DNA from: Mobula hypostoma
Taxonomy: Eukaryota
Direction of reading: 5' to 3'
DNA: 64,000 bases
Assembly (NCBI RefSeq): GCF_963921235.1
Contig: NC_086100.1
Coordinates: forward strand, 177,010,001-177,074,000
Positions within the stretch are counted from its first letter, which is position 1, and every line of letters begins with the position of its first letter. This document shows positions 1 through 12,762 of the stretch, piece after piece. A program made the position numbers and the translations under genes. The notes under the pieces were generated by a model that was given only the letters and a program-made list of their open reading frames with translations, was not told the DNA's origin and made no database searches.

Positions 1-215
1 ATGGTGATTGTGGATAGGAGTGGGCGGTCTTAGAGGGGAGGACAAGGGTGCGACGGGTAGATTCAGATCCCCCACCCCCATGCACTCTACCGAGGGCACG
101 ATGTCGCCGAACCCCGGGACTCGACCCTCACTGGTACCCCAGGGCCCGATTCTCTACCTCCTACAAGGGCTCCCTCAGAGCCCGGCTTTACCCTAGGGCT
201 TCACCCCCCCACCTG
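1..215. promoter_or_regulatory. GC/CpG-enriched stretch, probably the tail of the CpG island around MRPL35 exon 1 (exon 1 itself not in the window)
   Basis: The first ~200 nt are clearly more GC- and CpG-rich than the AT-rich sequence that follows, and lie 250 nt upstream of the exon 2 acceptor. Promoter role is inferred. Confidence 0.4.
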
Positions 216-453
216 AACCATTTTCTTGAAATGTTCAGTGTTCCTCGCATTTTCTGTGTATTTTCAGACACGTTAAATTGACATTTAGCTTAAGCATTTC
301 AGTGTCCTAAGTAACAGTCAAATATTTAGGCAGGTTTGCTGTGTTATTTAGCCATTCTAACTAAATAACATACTTGTAAGTAAAAGTCTTTGTTTTATGA
401 GTGAAAGCTAAGTAAAAGAGCATGGTTTTCAAACTGTTTTATTGCATTTAAAG

Positions 454-646
454 GAGCATTGAGGCTGCTCCTTCCTCTAGCCCAAAATAATGCTTCAAGA
501 AACGCGTCCATGAAGCAGCTGGTCTCCAGGTTTTCCACCTTCAACCTTTGCCATGTTCCATCTCCGACTATTTCTTCAGTAACCAAATTGAGATCAACTA
601 TGGAGCATAAATTTATTTGTGCACATAAACTTGCTGTTCTCAAAAG
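454..646 (+). CDS. MRPL35: Mitochondrial ribosomal protein L35, coding exon 2 (targeting-peptide region)
   Basis: Acceptor tttaaag|GA (phase 1); frame (G)ALRLLLPLAQNNASRNASMKQLVSRFS...AVLK; donor AG|gtaagt (phase 2), which joins in frame to exon 3. Confidence 0.85.
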
Positions 647-904
647 GTAAGTGTTAAATCTCTTTTCGTATTCAGGGAAGAAAGTGAATTTTTTTGCACT
701 TCAACAGTTGAAATGCCAATTTTCTGATCATTGCTGTGTCTATTTGGTTGCATTTTTATAGCATTAGTAACAGCAATGAGACTGTTCTTCTAAATTTAGC
801 TTGGTATTGTTTGTACTTTAAAGGGTTGGAATTCACCCTCTGTCTTTGTACTGAACATGCATTACAGTAATTATTGTCAGAATTTTCACATTTCTGTTTC
901 CAGC

Positions 905-2430
905 AGGTCCTTTTGGAAACAGAAAAGTGAGGAGGTCCTGAAGAGAGAGTTTAGGGCACTAGGTAGAAAGCTGAGAGGCAGGACTTCCAGGGTAGCAATC
1001 TCTTGATTGCTGCCTGTGCCAAGCGCCAGTGAGGATAAGAATAGAATGATTTGGCAGATGAATGTGTGGCTGAGAAACCTGTGCAGGCGACAGGGTTTCA
1101 GATTTCTGGATCATTAGGATCTCTTCTGGGGAAGATATGACCTGCACAAAAAGGACAGGTTACACCTGAACCAGAGGGAGACCAATATCCTTTCAGGAAG
1201 GTTTAAACTAATTTGGCAGGGAGATGCGGAACCAGAGTGGTAGGGCTGTGGAAGGGGTGTTGGTTTACAAGCAGAGGAAGAGTGTAGTGAGAGTGTCAGG
1301 AAGGACAGGCAGATGATAGGGCAAAATTGCTGTCAGTGGGATGAATTGCAGTGTTAATGGGGGATGGAATCAAAAAGAGTGACAGACAGGGCTGAAGTGT
1401 TTGTATTAGAATGCATGCAGTATATGGAATAAGGCAGATGATCTTGTAGTGCAGTTAGAAATTGGGAGGCATGATATTGTGGGCATCACTGAGTCGTGGC
1501 TGATAAAAGATTACAGGTGGGAGCTTAACATCCAGGATACACTTTGTATCAAAAGGAAAGACAGATAGGCAGAGCCGTGGGGTGGCTTTGTTGGTTTAAA
1601 AAAAATCAAATCCATCAAAAGAGGTGACATTGCTATAGAGGAAGATGTAGAGTCCTTGTGGGTAGAGTTGAGAAACTGCCAGGGTAGAAAGACCCTGATG
1701 GGAGTTATATACGGACCTCCGAACAGTAGCCAAGATGTGGGCTACAAACTACAACGGGAGATAAAAAAGGCATGTCAAAAGGGCAGTGTTATGGGGATTT
1801 CTCATGCCTCTGTAGATTAGGAAAATCAGGTTGGTGCAGGATTCCAAGAGGGGTAGTTTCTAGAATGCCTACGAGATGACTTTTTAGGGCAGCTTGTGGT
1901 TGAGCCCACTAGGGGATCAGCTATTATGGATTGGGTGTTTTGGGCCTCAGAAGGGATGTGCTGACATTAGGGTACAGAGGAGGTGCATGAGAATGATTCC
2001 ATGTGTGGAACAATTGATAGCTCTGGGCCTACACTTGCTGGAATTTAATAGAATAATGGATTGAGATAATTATATTGAAAGGCCTCAAGAGAGTGAAAGT
2101 GGAGAGGATGTTTCCTATGGTGGGGGAGTCCAGGACCAGAGGCATAGCCTTAGATAAGAGGGACATCCATTTAGAATGGAGATGGGAAGAAATTTCTTAG
2201 CCAGTGACTGGTAAATCTGTGGAATTAGTTGCCACAGGTGGCCGTGGAGGACAGTCATTGGGTGTATTTAAGGCAGAGGTTGGTAGGTTCTTCATTAATC
2301 AGGATATGAAAGGTTTCGGGGAGAAGGCACGAGATTGGGGTTGAGAGGGAAATGGATCAGCCATGACAAAATGGCAGAACAGACTCAATGGGCCGAATGG
2401 CCTGATTCTGCTCTCATGTTTTATGGTCTT
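905..2430 (+). mobile_element. Degraded CR1-type LINE: ORF1 esterase tail, ORF2 endonuclease start, and a 3' end after an internal deletion
   Basis: The frame near 1408 reads LNACSIWNKADDLVVQLEIGRHDIVGITESWL-like (APE domain). Positions 1940-2430 match the CR1 3' sequence repeated throughout the window. Confidence 0.8.
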
Positions 2431-2750
2431 ACAGTCTATGTTGATATCCAAAAGAGGAAATAAGTAGTAGTTTAACTGCCAAGGTTTTTAATTGATGCCC
2501 CCTGTCAAGGTGGTCTGTTGATTTCTCAGGTTGTTTTATACACCTCATTGTAAATGATCCAGTGATGTCAAGTTCCACTGTAATTTTTTTTTTGCATTCT
2601 GGTATCATTGATAGAGAACAAAAAAGGTTTCCTGAAACTGTTAATCAAAGGATACAAGTAATCAGGGGCACCTACCCTGAGAAGCTTGATGTAAGCAAAG
2701 AACAATTTTATTTGTTAAATTAATCTCCAAAATGTTTCTCTTGTGCATAG

Positions 2751-2892
2751 TGTGACTCCTCAGCTTCCCAGTTTTCAACAGCCTGTAAGAACCCTAACCT
2801 ATTGTAGCATCGGCAAAGGAAAGCGTAAAACAGTGAAATCTGTTGTCAAAAGATTCCTGCGGCTACATTGTGGACTATGGGTGCGAAGGAAG
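2751..2892 (+). CDS. MRPL35: Mitochondrial ribosomal protein L35, coding exon 3
   Basis: catag|T acceptor and AAG|gtatgt donor; encodes [47 protein letters not shown], the characteristic bL35m motif. Confidence 0.97.
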
Positions 2893-3976
2893 GTATGTAC
2901 TTCCAGCATTCTGGACATTCTAAAGGAACTATCACAACATGAATTATTGATCAAATGAAGAAATTATACAGCTGGAGATTTTGTTGACAAGAATAGGTGT
3001 AGGATAGTTATGGAGCAGAATTCCAAAGAAATTTCACTTCACATTTAGTGGAGCGACCAGTGCAAGGTCATTGCAGCATGTGATTAAGAATTAACTGGCA
3101 TCTTGGCCACTATTGCAATAAAGTTGGCGTTTAGAAATAACAAAGTTTGTTGCAATTGTAAAGGATGTTTTTGCGTCCACACCTAGAGAACTCTGCAAAG
3201 TTTTGGAATCCTTGTCTAAGAAAGTATAATGTAGCATTAGAGACAGTCCAGAGGAGATTTGCCTTGCTGATTCCTGGGATGAGACAAGGGCAAGCCTTAA
3301 TGCAAGAAGTATTGGTAATAAGATGGATTGTGTTCATCAAGTAGCTATATTTTCCAACATGAGAAAGAAATCATAGAGGGTGTTCAGGATAATTTCCTTA
3401 AGTAATGCAAACAAAGAATCAGGCTTTCTTAAATCTGGTAATGGAAAACGAGGCATGTTCTCTGTATAAACGTTCCCTTAGGACAGGCTTTCCCGACCTG
3501 TGTTCCAAGGACTCCTCAGTTAATGGCAGCAATCCATGGCATAAAAAAGGTTGCAAAGATATTTTCAGGAGGTACTTCGTAACACTCAACAAAAATTAAT
3601 CCCACTGTGAGGAGAGATTTAAAAGAGGGATAAACCAACTACTACTGACCAATTAATTTATCATTTTATAAGAGAAAACGTGCAAAAAGGATAAAATTAA
3701 CAGCAGACTGGAAGACTGTCACAAATTCAGAGTCCATCAAAGATGGACAAAAAATAATTAGAAAATAAGCAATTGGGGAAAACAGGCAATTAATATAAAA
3801 ACAGCCAATAAGAGTTTCTTTAAGTATATAGCGTGATAGATAGATAGATATACTTTATTAATCCCAAGGGAAATTTGGTTTCGTTACAGCCACACCAACC
3901 AAGAATAGAGCGTAAATATAGCAATACAAAGAACCCGAACAATCAAACACTAAAATACAAACCATGCCAGATGGAA

Positions 3977-4488
3977 AATAAGTCTGGGACCAGTCTATTG
4001 GCTCAGGAATAAGTCCGGGACCAGTCTATTGGCTCAGGAATAAGTCCGGGACCAGTCTATTGGCTCAGGAATAAGTCCGGGACCAGTCTATTGGCTCAGG
4101 AATAAGTCCGGGACCAGTCTATTGGCTCAGGAATAAGTCCGGGACCAGTCTATTGGCTCAGGAATAAGTCCGGGACCAGTCTATTGGCTCAGGAATAAGT
4201 CCGGGACCAGTCTATTGGCTCAGGAATAAGTCCGGGACCAGTCTATTGGCTCAGGAATAAGTCCGGGACCAGTCTATTGGCTCAGGAATAAGTCCGGGAC
4301 CAGTCTATTGGCTCAGGAATAATCCGGGACCAGTCTATTGGCTCAGGAATAAGTCCGGGACCAGTCTATTGGCTCAGGAATAAGTCCGGGACCAGTCTAT
4401 TGGCTCAGGAATAAGTCCGGGACCAGTCTATTGGCTCAGGAATAAGTCCAGGACCAGTCTATTGGCTCAGGAATAAGTCCGGGACCAG
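3977..4488. repeat. 31-bp minisatellite (aataagtccgggaccagtctattggctcagg), about 16.5 copies
   Basis: Directly visible, near-identical tandem units; adjoins a reverse-oriented LINE tail beginning with (gata)n near 3835. Confidence 0.97.
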
Positions 4489-4489
4489 G

Positions 4490-6330
4490 AGGAGAGAGTT
4501 CCAAATGAACATTGGTGCTTCGGTGAATGAGGCTGGAGAAATATTTACGAGGAACAAGAAAATGCCAGAAGAGTTAACTTACTGTGCTTCAATCTTTATG
4601 GTCAAAGATACTACAAACAACGGATGAGTACTGAATACTATTAAATAAGGCCTGTGGGAAAAGCCTAAAAATTACGGACCTGTCATCCTCACATCTGTAG
4701 TAAGGAAGTTATTCCTGAAAGATAGAATTAATGATCACTTCGAAAGGCAGGAACTGATTAGAATTGATCCAAAAGGCTATGACCCGTGTGATCCAGGGAA
4801 AATTGGATTCAAAGTTGCTTGGCAATAGAAAACAGAGGGCAATGGTAAAGAGTTATTTATTTTGACTGGATACCTGTGTCTAGAGGTGTTCCACAGAGGT
4901 CAGTGCTGGGTCTGGGTCCCTTGTTTCTAAGATAAGTGAATGATTAGGATGGAGATGTAGGAGGCGTGGTCAGTAAATTTACAGATGACATAAAGGTTCC
5001 TGGAGTTGTTGATAGTGTAGACAGTAGACTTGTGTAACAGTCTAATATTGATGTATTGGTGAACTGGCAGAATGAACTTTACTCTTGATAAGTATGAAGT
5101 GATGTATTGTGGAGTTCAGTGAGTCTAGGACAAACACATGAGGGACTTTAGTATGCAAGTCTAAAGATCACTGAAGGTGGCAGCACAGTTGGATAACAGT
5201 TTACAGGCATACTAGCCTTCGTTAATCAGGCCATTGAATACAAGAGCAGAGAGGTTATGCTTCCACTTTATAAAATATTGGTCAGGCCTCAGCTAGAGTA
5301 GTACATGCATTTCTGGTAACCACACTGTAGGAAGCAGGGGAGGTTCCCCAAGATGTTACCTGGGATGGAGCATTTCAGTTATGATGAAAGTCTGGAGGGT
5401 ATATTTCTGCTTTTCCTGGAATGGTGGAAGTTCAGAGGGGACATGACTGCGGTATATAACGTTATCATGAGTCTAGATAGGTACACTGCAGGAAACTTTA
5501 TCCCCTTAGGAGAGTTGGATAAAAATAGAGGACATAGACTTTGGTCAGGAGTAAGAGATTTAAAGGAGATTTGATGGGGATCTTTATCACTACCAGAGAG
5601 AGTGGTGGAAGCAGTGTCACTAAGATCTAAGCATTGAATATTATGCCAAATTCTGGAAGATGGGATTAATACAGAGGGGTGCTCACTGGCTGGTGTGGAC
5701 GTGGTGGCCTGAATAGGCTGTTTTCATGCTGTGTGACTATTTTATGACTAAGGTCAGTGAGGAATTAAATCCCATCATCATCCCTAGTATTAGGCAAACT
5801 AATGAGGATAAAAACGGATGTCCCATTAACCAGATGGCTTGCTTTCTCAGATCCAAACTAAATGGATTGGTTGTAATCTTCCAAAAGTCCTTAGAATCTG
5901 GAAAAGTAGCGTGAGGAATTGAAAACAACCAATTCATAAAGGGCAACACAGTGAAAAGTGGGTAGCTATATGCAAATTAGCCTAGTATCTTTTGTTGAAA
6001 AAATGCTGGAAACAATTGAGGAGGTAATCGCATATTCACGAAGAAGGAATGTCTGATGAGTTTATTAGAATTCTTTGAAATCCCAACCAGAATAGAGAGA
6101 GAGGGGAGCCAATAAATGAATTTCCAGAAGACATTCAACAAACCGCCTCATGACACATTCAGTAACAAGATTCCATGGTGTTGGAGGTAATAAACTGGCA
6201 TTGATGGAGAGTCAGTGACCAGGTGGGAAGCAGCAAGGAGGGAAATGGGGTTCACTTCCACACTGGCAAGATTACCAGTCGAAGGCTGCAGGGACAGCTG
6301 CAGTTTACAGTATTAACAACTTGGAACAAG
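4490..6330 (+). mobile_element. Cluster of old CR1 reverse-transcriptase fragments
   Basis: Decayed RT motifs (GVPQRSVLG, SKFTDDIK, VIFQKSLESGKV) and a CR1 3' end. Confidence 0.75.
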
Positions 6331-6334
6331 AAAC

Positions 6335-6665
6335 TTACTGCCCCTTAACCACTGGTGTTTAGGGCAGCAATGAAGGTCCTACATCTCTGTCTGTCTATAC
6401 CGCCGCACACAGGTAGAAGAAATCTTCATTGCTCTTTCTGTAACAATTTATTTTTGGCCATTCAGGGTTTTCCTGAGCTGAACCCCCGAACCTGGAAGAC
6501 CGGTGGACCACTCCTAGTCTGGCCTCAACCCTTTGACCTGTTTGACATGGGTGACCCGACCAAGAGCCAAAGCATAAAGCCCTGACTCCAGCCAACATAG
6601 CTGTCCGGGTCATTGAGACATGCAAGCCTCCAAACCCTAAAACAAGGTTGTGGTCCTCTTGGAGG
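6335..6665. mobile_element. Short interspersed element, probably RTE-derived, inserted in CR1 debris
   Basis: GC-richer block interrupting CR1 RT sequence; family assigned by resemblance only. Confidence 0.4.
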
Positions 6666-6769
6666 TGGAACAAGAAAACAGATATACTAATGACAAGTAC
6701 ACAGACGGTACAAAAGTAGTTGGGAAGGCACATGGGGAAATGTGAAGGTCATTTTGGAAGCAAGAGTGT

Positions 6770-7020
6770 TTGCGGCATGGTAGGGAGTGGTTAGCACAAC
6801 ACTTTACGGTACCAGTGACACGGGTTCATTTCCCGCTGATAGCTGTTAGAAGTTTCTGTGTTCTCCCCGTGACTGCTTGGGTTCCCTCCGGGTGCTTTGG
6901 TTTTCTTCCACAGTCCAATCAGTTGGTATGTTATTTGGTCATTTAGAATTGTTTTGTGATTAGGCTGGGGTTAAACTGGTCAGTGCAGATTGAATGACCT
7001 ATTCCACACTGTATCTCAAT
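6770..7020 (+). mobile_element. tRNA-derived SINE
   Basis: A-box-like and B-box-like head (ggtag...tggttagc...gggttcatttccc) followed by the core shared with copies near 25085, 37490, 41120 and 61690. Confidence 0.75.
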
Positions 7021-7989
7021 AATTAAAAAAAACAAAGAAATCAAGCTTTATTGAAATGGAGAAAAGATGAAAACTGCAGCATGGATAAATTGGGCCAAAG
7101 GGCCTTTTTCTGTGCTGTATAACTCTTAAACATACATGAATTAAACAAAGGGATTCTGGGAGTGCCTTGTTCACAGAACACAGAAAACTAACATACGTAT
7201 GCAGCAGGTAATAGGGAAGGCCGTGGAGCCTTGTAAATGTACAGTTTTTCATAGCTTTAGTTATGACCATTATTGTAAGACCAGTTGTGGTAGTCTGCTT
7301 CACCATTCAACTGGATATTGGCTGATCTGGCATTATAATCTAACGAGGGTAGAATTATACGAGTTGGGAAATCTTAACAGCAATTGCACAAAACATTATT
7401 CACACTTTATCTAGAATGCTGCAAGTCCCCCAATTTAAGGAAAGATATTATTGAAGTCAGTTCAGAGAAAATTCATTAGGATAATCATAGATTTGAGGGA
7501 ATTGTGGTATGAGAAAATGTTAAACATTTGAATTCTGATCATTTTAGTTTAAATAAATAAAAGGTGATGTTAAAACATAACATTTTTAGAGTGCTGGACA
7601 GGGTAAATACTAGGAGACAATTACCTTGCACAGAAGAGGCCAAAACCAAAAGGTATGGTCTCAGAATTAGAGAATTTCCATTCGAGGGAAAAAATTCTTC
7701 TGAGGGTTGAGAGTTTTTGTAACTTTATGGAAAGTGCTGTGGAGTCTGAGCCCTCATTTATTTAAGACTAAGATAGATAATTAGTAACATAATTGGGGAT
7801 TGTGGAGAAAGGACAGCAATGCCGGATCAATCATAATCCTACTGAATGATGGAACTGCCTACCATACCTGTTCTTACTATTTATGATCTTATAAATAAAC
7901 TTATGAAATACACGTGAGAGCAAGTAAGAAAAAAAACAATTCGGTAATTGTTTTCGAAATCTATTTTTCTTGTGTTTGTTTATTTATTT

Positions 7990-8250
7990 TTGTTATACAG
8001 TGCCGAGTGGGCTGTTCTGGCCCTTCGAGCCACACCCCCCCAGCAACCCCTGACAACCCCAATTAACCCTAACCTAGTATTAGCACAATTTGCAATACTA
8101 TCTTGGACTGTGGGAGGAATCCAGAGTACCTGGGGAAGACCCACATATTCCACGGACTCCTTACAGAATGGTGCCAGAATTGAACTCGGAATTCTAGAGC
8201 GTCCCGAGCTGTAATAGCATCGTGCTGCCTGCTATGCTACTGTGGCACCC
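7990..8250 (-). mobile_element. tRNA-derived SINE (reverse)
   Basis: Reverse complement of the same SINE family; similar to 39430-39735. Confidence 0.7.
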
Positions 8251-8410
8251 ATGTTTCTTTGGATTGTCCAGCAAATGGCAAAAAGCATCAATTTTTCACT
8301 CAAACCTGCTTTCTTTTTTTGAGAATGGACAGGCAGTGTCCTCAGAGTTTGAACCAAGAATACACATGAGTTATGCTGATCAGATCCTCAACAATGCTCT
8401 TTTATTTCAG

Positions 8411-8599
8411 GCAGGTTATAAGAAAAAACTTTGGAAAAAGAGACCTGCTAGAAAAAGGCGACTTAGAGAACATGTCTTCTGCAACAAAACCCAAAGCAAG
8501 ATGCTGGACAAAATGACCACTGATTTCTGGAAAAGGCGGAACTGGTATGTGAATGATCCATACCAGATGTACCACGATCGAACAAACCTGAAGGTTTGA
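8411..8599 (+). CDS. MRPL35: Mitochondrial ribosomal protein L35, last coding exon
   Basis: tttatttcag| acceptor; [62 protein letters not shown] closely matches the vertebrate MRPL35 C-terminus. Confidence 0.98.
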   Translation, partial: AGYKKKLWKKRPARKRRLREHVFCNKTQSKMLDKMTTDFWKRRNWYVNDPYQMYHDRTNLKV

Positions 8600-8789
8600 A
8601 TATCTGTGACACTTATGCCAAAATCTGCAACTTGTGGCTTTGTTCCTGGAGCAGAAATAGCAGCTGCTGTACTGAGCATCCTTGGAGCTTGATGGAGACC
8701 AACCTTAAAATCATTGACATTGTGAATGCTGAAAAGCTGGAAAAGATGGTTTTTTTGTCCTTTGTTTCATGCATGTCTGTATTTAATGT

Positions 8790-8795
8790 AATAAA
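8790..8795 (+). terminator. MRPL35: Candidate polyadenylation signal of MRPL35 (AATAAA)
   Basis: AATAAA about 190 nt after the stop codon, preceded by TGTA and followed by a T-rich tract. Confidence 0.55.
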
Positions 8796-9444
8796 CTTCC
8801 CAACAATACAACAATGTCATTTCTTACTATTTTTGGGGGGATCTGGCACTTTCAGCATCTTTGGGACATTCCCTAACAAAAGTCGCAGAAGATTTTTACT
8901 GAGGTCCGTGTCTGGTTGTTCAGTAGCAAAGAAACTAGGGCTAAAAAATACAAGGGAAAATGGGTCCTCAGCTTTCCAGCCCAATACCTTCAGATTCCCT
9001 CAATTTTCTCACTTCTGTTTCTTAAATATCCTCAATATCCAACGTCATGGCAAGCTTAGTCAGTGCCTTCTCCTTTAGTTGGATGTTATGTTAAGTTTGT
9101 ATGATTGTGCACACTTTAATCGTCTTTAAATACTTCACCATCACATGGTGGGCATTCTGTGTTGATGATATATCAACTTGACGAGCATTGTGGGTCTGCT
9201 ATTTTGGTACCGGATTGAGTGTTTTGATGCAACTGATGCATTTCACTCTGTTTTGATGTGCGCATAAGTAAACTTGAATTGTGATTCATATTAAAGGTAA
9301 CATAAATACAAGGTCTTGTTGTCTTCCAAAAGATGTTAGAATTGAAAGCCTTAAATTATTATTCTCCTTATGAAGTATCTTGTCTCTATTTCCTACCTCT
9401 CTACTGTGATGCATCTCATGGGTAACAAGGTCACGAGACTAAAT

Positions 9445-10605
9445 ATATTGATGAAGATAGTGTATATGGATTTCAGCAAGGCATTTGATAACTACCCCAT
9501 GCAAGGCTTATTGAGAAAGTAAGGAGGCATGGGATCCAAGAGACCTTGCTTTGTGTATCCAGAACTGGATTGCCTATAGAAAGCAAAGAGTGGTTGTAGA
9601 CCGGTCATATTCTGTATGGAGGTCAGTGACCAGTGGTGTCCCTCAGGGATCTGTTCTGGGACCCATTATCTTTGTGATTTTTATAAATGACCTGATAAGG
9701 AAGTGGAGGGATGGGTTAGTAAATTTGCTGATGACATAAAGGTTGGGCATGTTGTGAATAGAGTGGAGGGCTGTCAGAGGTCATAGCGGGACATCGATAG
9801 GATGCAAAACTGGGCTGAGAAGTGGCAGATGGAGTTCAATCCAGATAAGTGTGAGGTGGTTCATTTTGGTGGGTCAAATATGATGGCAGAATATAGTATT
9901 AATGGTAAGACTCTCGGCAGAGTGGAGGATCAGAGGGATCTTAGGGTCTGAGTCCATAGGACACTCAAAGCTGCTGCACAGATTGACACTGTGGTTAGGA
10001 AGGCATACGATGCATTGGCCTTCGTCAACCGTGGGATTGAGTTTAAGAGCCCAGAGATAATGTTGCAGCTATATAGGACCAGTACTGTGCTCAGTTCTGG
10101 TCACTTCACTACAAGAAGGATGTGGAAACCATAGAAAGGGTGCAGAGGAGATTTACAAGGATGTTGCCTAGATTGGGCAGTATGCCTTATGAGAATAGGT
10201 TGAGTGAACTCGGTCTTTTCTCCTTGGAGTGGCGGAGGATAAGAGGTGACCTGATAGAGGTGTATAAGATGATGAGAGGCATTGATCATGTGGATAGTCA
10301 GAGGCTTTTCCCCAGGGCTGAAATGACTAGCATGAGAAGGCACAGTTTTAAGGTGCTTGGAAGTAGATACAGAGGAGATGTCAGAGTTAAGTTTTTTACG
10401 CAGAGAGTGGTAAGTGCATGGAATGGGCTGCCGGCGACATTGGTGGGGGCGGATACGATAGGGTCTTTTAAGAGACTCCTGGATAGGAGCTTAGAAAAAT
10501 AGGGCTATGGGTAACCCTATGTAATTTCTAAAGTAAGTATGTGTTTGGCACAGCATTGTGGGCCGAAGGGCCTGTATTGTGCTGTAGGTTTTCTATGTTT
10601 CTATG
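9445..10605 (+). mobile_element. 5'-truncated, relatively young CR1 LINE (RT C-terminal half and 3' tail)
   Basis: [26 protein letters not shown] and ERVQRRFTRMLP motifs; ends in a ttctatgtttctatg tail. Confidence 0.93.
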
Positions 10606-11891
10606 TCATGTGTGAACAATATATAACAGTGGAAATCAAATGCCCTGCCCTAATCCCCTGTGAAGAACATACTATATGCAAAGTGTGTGTGTGTAAAGCA
10701 TGAAAGTGAAGCCATCCCTTTACAATCTTTCAGTCTTTTATTACAATTCCAAGAGTTCTGTGATAAATGTAAGACAACAATCCCATAATTCATGCAGTAC
10801 TCTGAATGCAACCACTGTAACGGCAACAACAATTTCCCTATATACAATTAACATCTGTAGTTAGGCGAAACAAACGTGAATGAATACAACTGTAAAGTGC
10901 TCTGGCCTGCCAGATCTGCAGTTATTTGCTGCAAATTTAAGGAAATAAAAAGGTTCTTGCACACCAGAAGGGCAAAAGAAGATACAATAGTAGAAATTAA
11001 GACAATCACCATCCTCACTGATCTATTGTGAAGACCAGTGCACATAGCAAGTAAATTTTTTAAAATATATGTAGCTGAAAATGCTTGGGAAAATGCAAGT
11101 ATTTTGACCTGTGCATTATCCCCATTTAGTTGCACAATGGTATACAGCATAGTCTGCATTGTTACAAAAACATGTAATTATTTTTACATTTGCATTCATT
11201 GTGTCTAAATGTGAACAAGCTAGCAGAGTGGTTTAGTACTCTGATAAGGCAGCACACATCCATGCCATTGCCTGCTACTGCAGAGCAAGGAAAAATTAGT
11301 TAATAGGCATGTGCTTGACATGTAGCACTAGTGTATATTTTCTAGCCCATCTACCTACATAAAGTTTTGTTCAGCTTGCATGAAGGGTGTATGAGATAAA
11401 TGCATCACCACTCACGAAGAGACGGTTTCCCTCAGAAACTCTACCGAAGCAGTTTTAAAACCTTTGAATGATGGGAGATAATTGTACCTGTAGATACATC
11501 TAATTGTAATTATGGTGATCTGCCATATGTCTCCAAGTGCTGTGACATTGGATTGCGCCAACTAGGTTATTGAATCATTCATGAGAGATGGAAGCAGTAC
11601 AGCCTATTATGTTTATAGTAAATCTTTGAAATAGCTACCCAATTATTCCACTCACATCATTCTTTTCATGTACTCTGGAAAATCTTTCCCGCTCAAGTAA
11701 ATTTCATTCTTACTATTGAATCTGCCTCCATCACTATTTAAGTCCATGAAGTACAGACCAGTAATAAATTTGAAGTTTAGATACATGAACTATTTTTCCA
11801 AATATATCTTCTATGAAAAGAGGAAGTGTTGATATCTAGCATTTAACCGCAACCTGCACTCATTTAGTATTTTCAATAAAGGATAAAGAAA

Positions 11892-12762
11892 ATGTGATAT
11901 GGTAATCATGCTATTTGACTAGTAATCCATGTAATATGCATTCATATCAAGCTCTGGTTGTTTGAGTCTTTGCAGTGAAATTTCCAAGCATGCAATCAAT
12001 AAGAAGCCAGTATTGAAATTATGGTTAAATTCCAATTTGTTCACCAGTATTACTCTTACATGGTCTATTGGTATGAATCTTTGACAACATAATTTTAACA
12101 TCAAATGCTATCTCAATATTGGTTAGATTGATTCCATGATATCCGAAATAAGTCTCACAAATTCAAACGCAGAGGGCAGTTTGTTTCGACCTGTGCAATT
12201 GATTCACATTGGAACAATCTACCTTAGTTTTACATTCCTACTTTCCCCACATATGCTTCATAAAATTTGTTCTACTTTTTTTGCTACATAGTTTATAATA
12301 CTCTATCTTGGAATATGCATTAATTGTTCAAAATATTAAATATTCTTCATAGTATATTCAATCTGATTAGAACATTGCACGAAAGGCATTAAGAGTGCCT
12401 ACAAATTTGTTATCAAGTTCACACGATCTATACAGAGTTCCTGCTTCCGAAAAACATCCCACTGGATGGAGAAGTTGTAGACATAGGGAGAATTCAAGCC
12501 ATAAATCAATTTGTGGGGGGAGGGGGTGCAATTTTTCAGGACTGAGAAATTCCTGACTGCACCCAGGGAAGGGGTTGGGGGCAATCTCCCTCATAGATTC
12601 AGGGATGAGCTGCCTGCATCCAGCCTGAACCCAGTGAATTGCCTGTCTTTTGCCTGTAGCCAGTGGTGGGCTGCTAGTCTTTATCCTTGAACCAAGAATG
12701 TGCTGCCTGACTCTAACCTGGACCCAGGGATGGTCACAGGGCATTGAAGCAAAAATGGAAAT
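11892..12762 (+). repeat. 871-bp direct duplication, copy 1 (truncated at both ends)
   Basis: Near-identical to 13499-14369 at a constant offset of 1607; only three substitutions seen by eye. Confidence 0.97.

Noticed and set aside
3977-4488. Possible CRISPR array
   Set aside because: Units are contiguous with no spacers; this is a plain minisatellite.
6770-6840. tRNA-like sequences at SINE heads (also near 25085, 37490 and 61690)
   Set aside because: Degenerate A/B boxes continue into a shared SINE core, and no complete cloverleaf is present.
8222-8410. N-terminal part of the 125-aa ORF upstream of AGYKKK
   Set aside because: Intronic read-through starting in a SINE; the real exon begins at the acceptor at 8411.
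8596-9078. 160-aa ORF directly after the MRPL35 stop
   Set aside because: It overlaps the 3' UTR and poly(A) signal, starts at TTG, and has no recognisable domain.
12367-12744. Duplicated minus-strand ORFs (also 13974-14429, 11919-12104, 13526-13711)
   Set aside because: They recur only because the DNA is duplicated. The splice signals point to the + strand, so these are probably antisense shadows.
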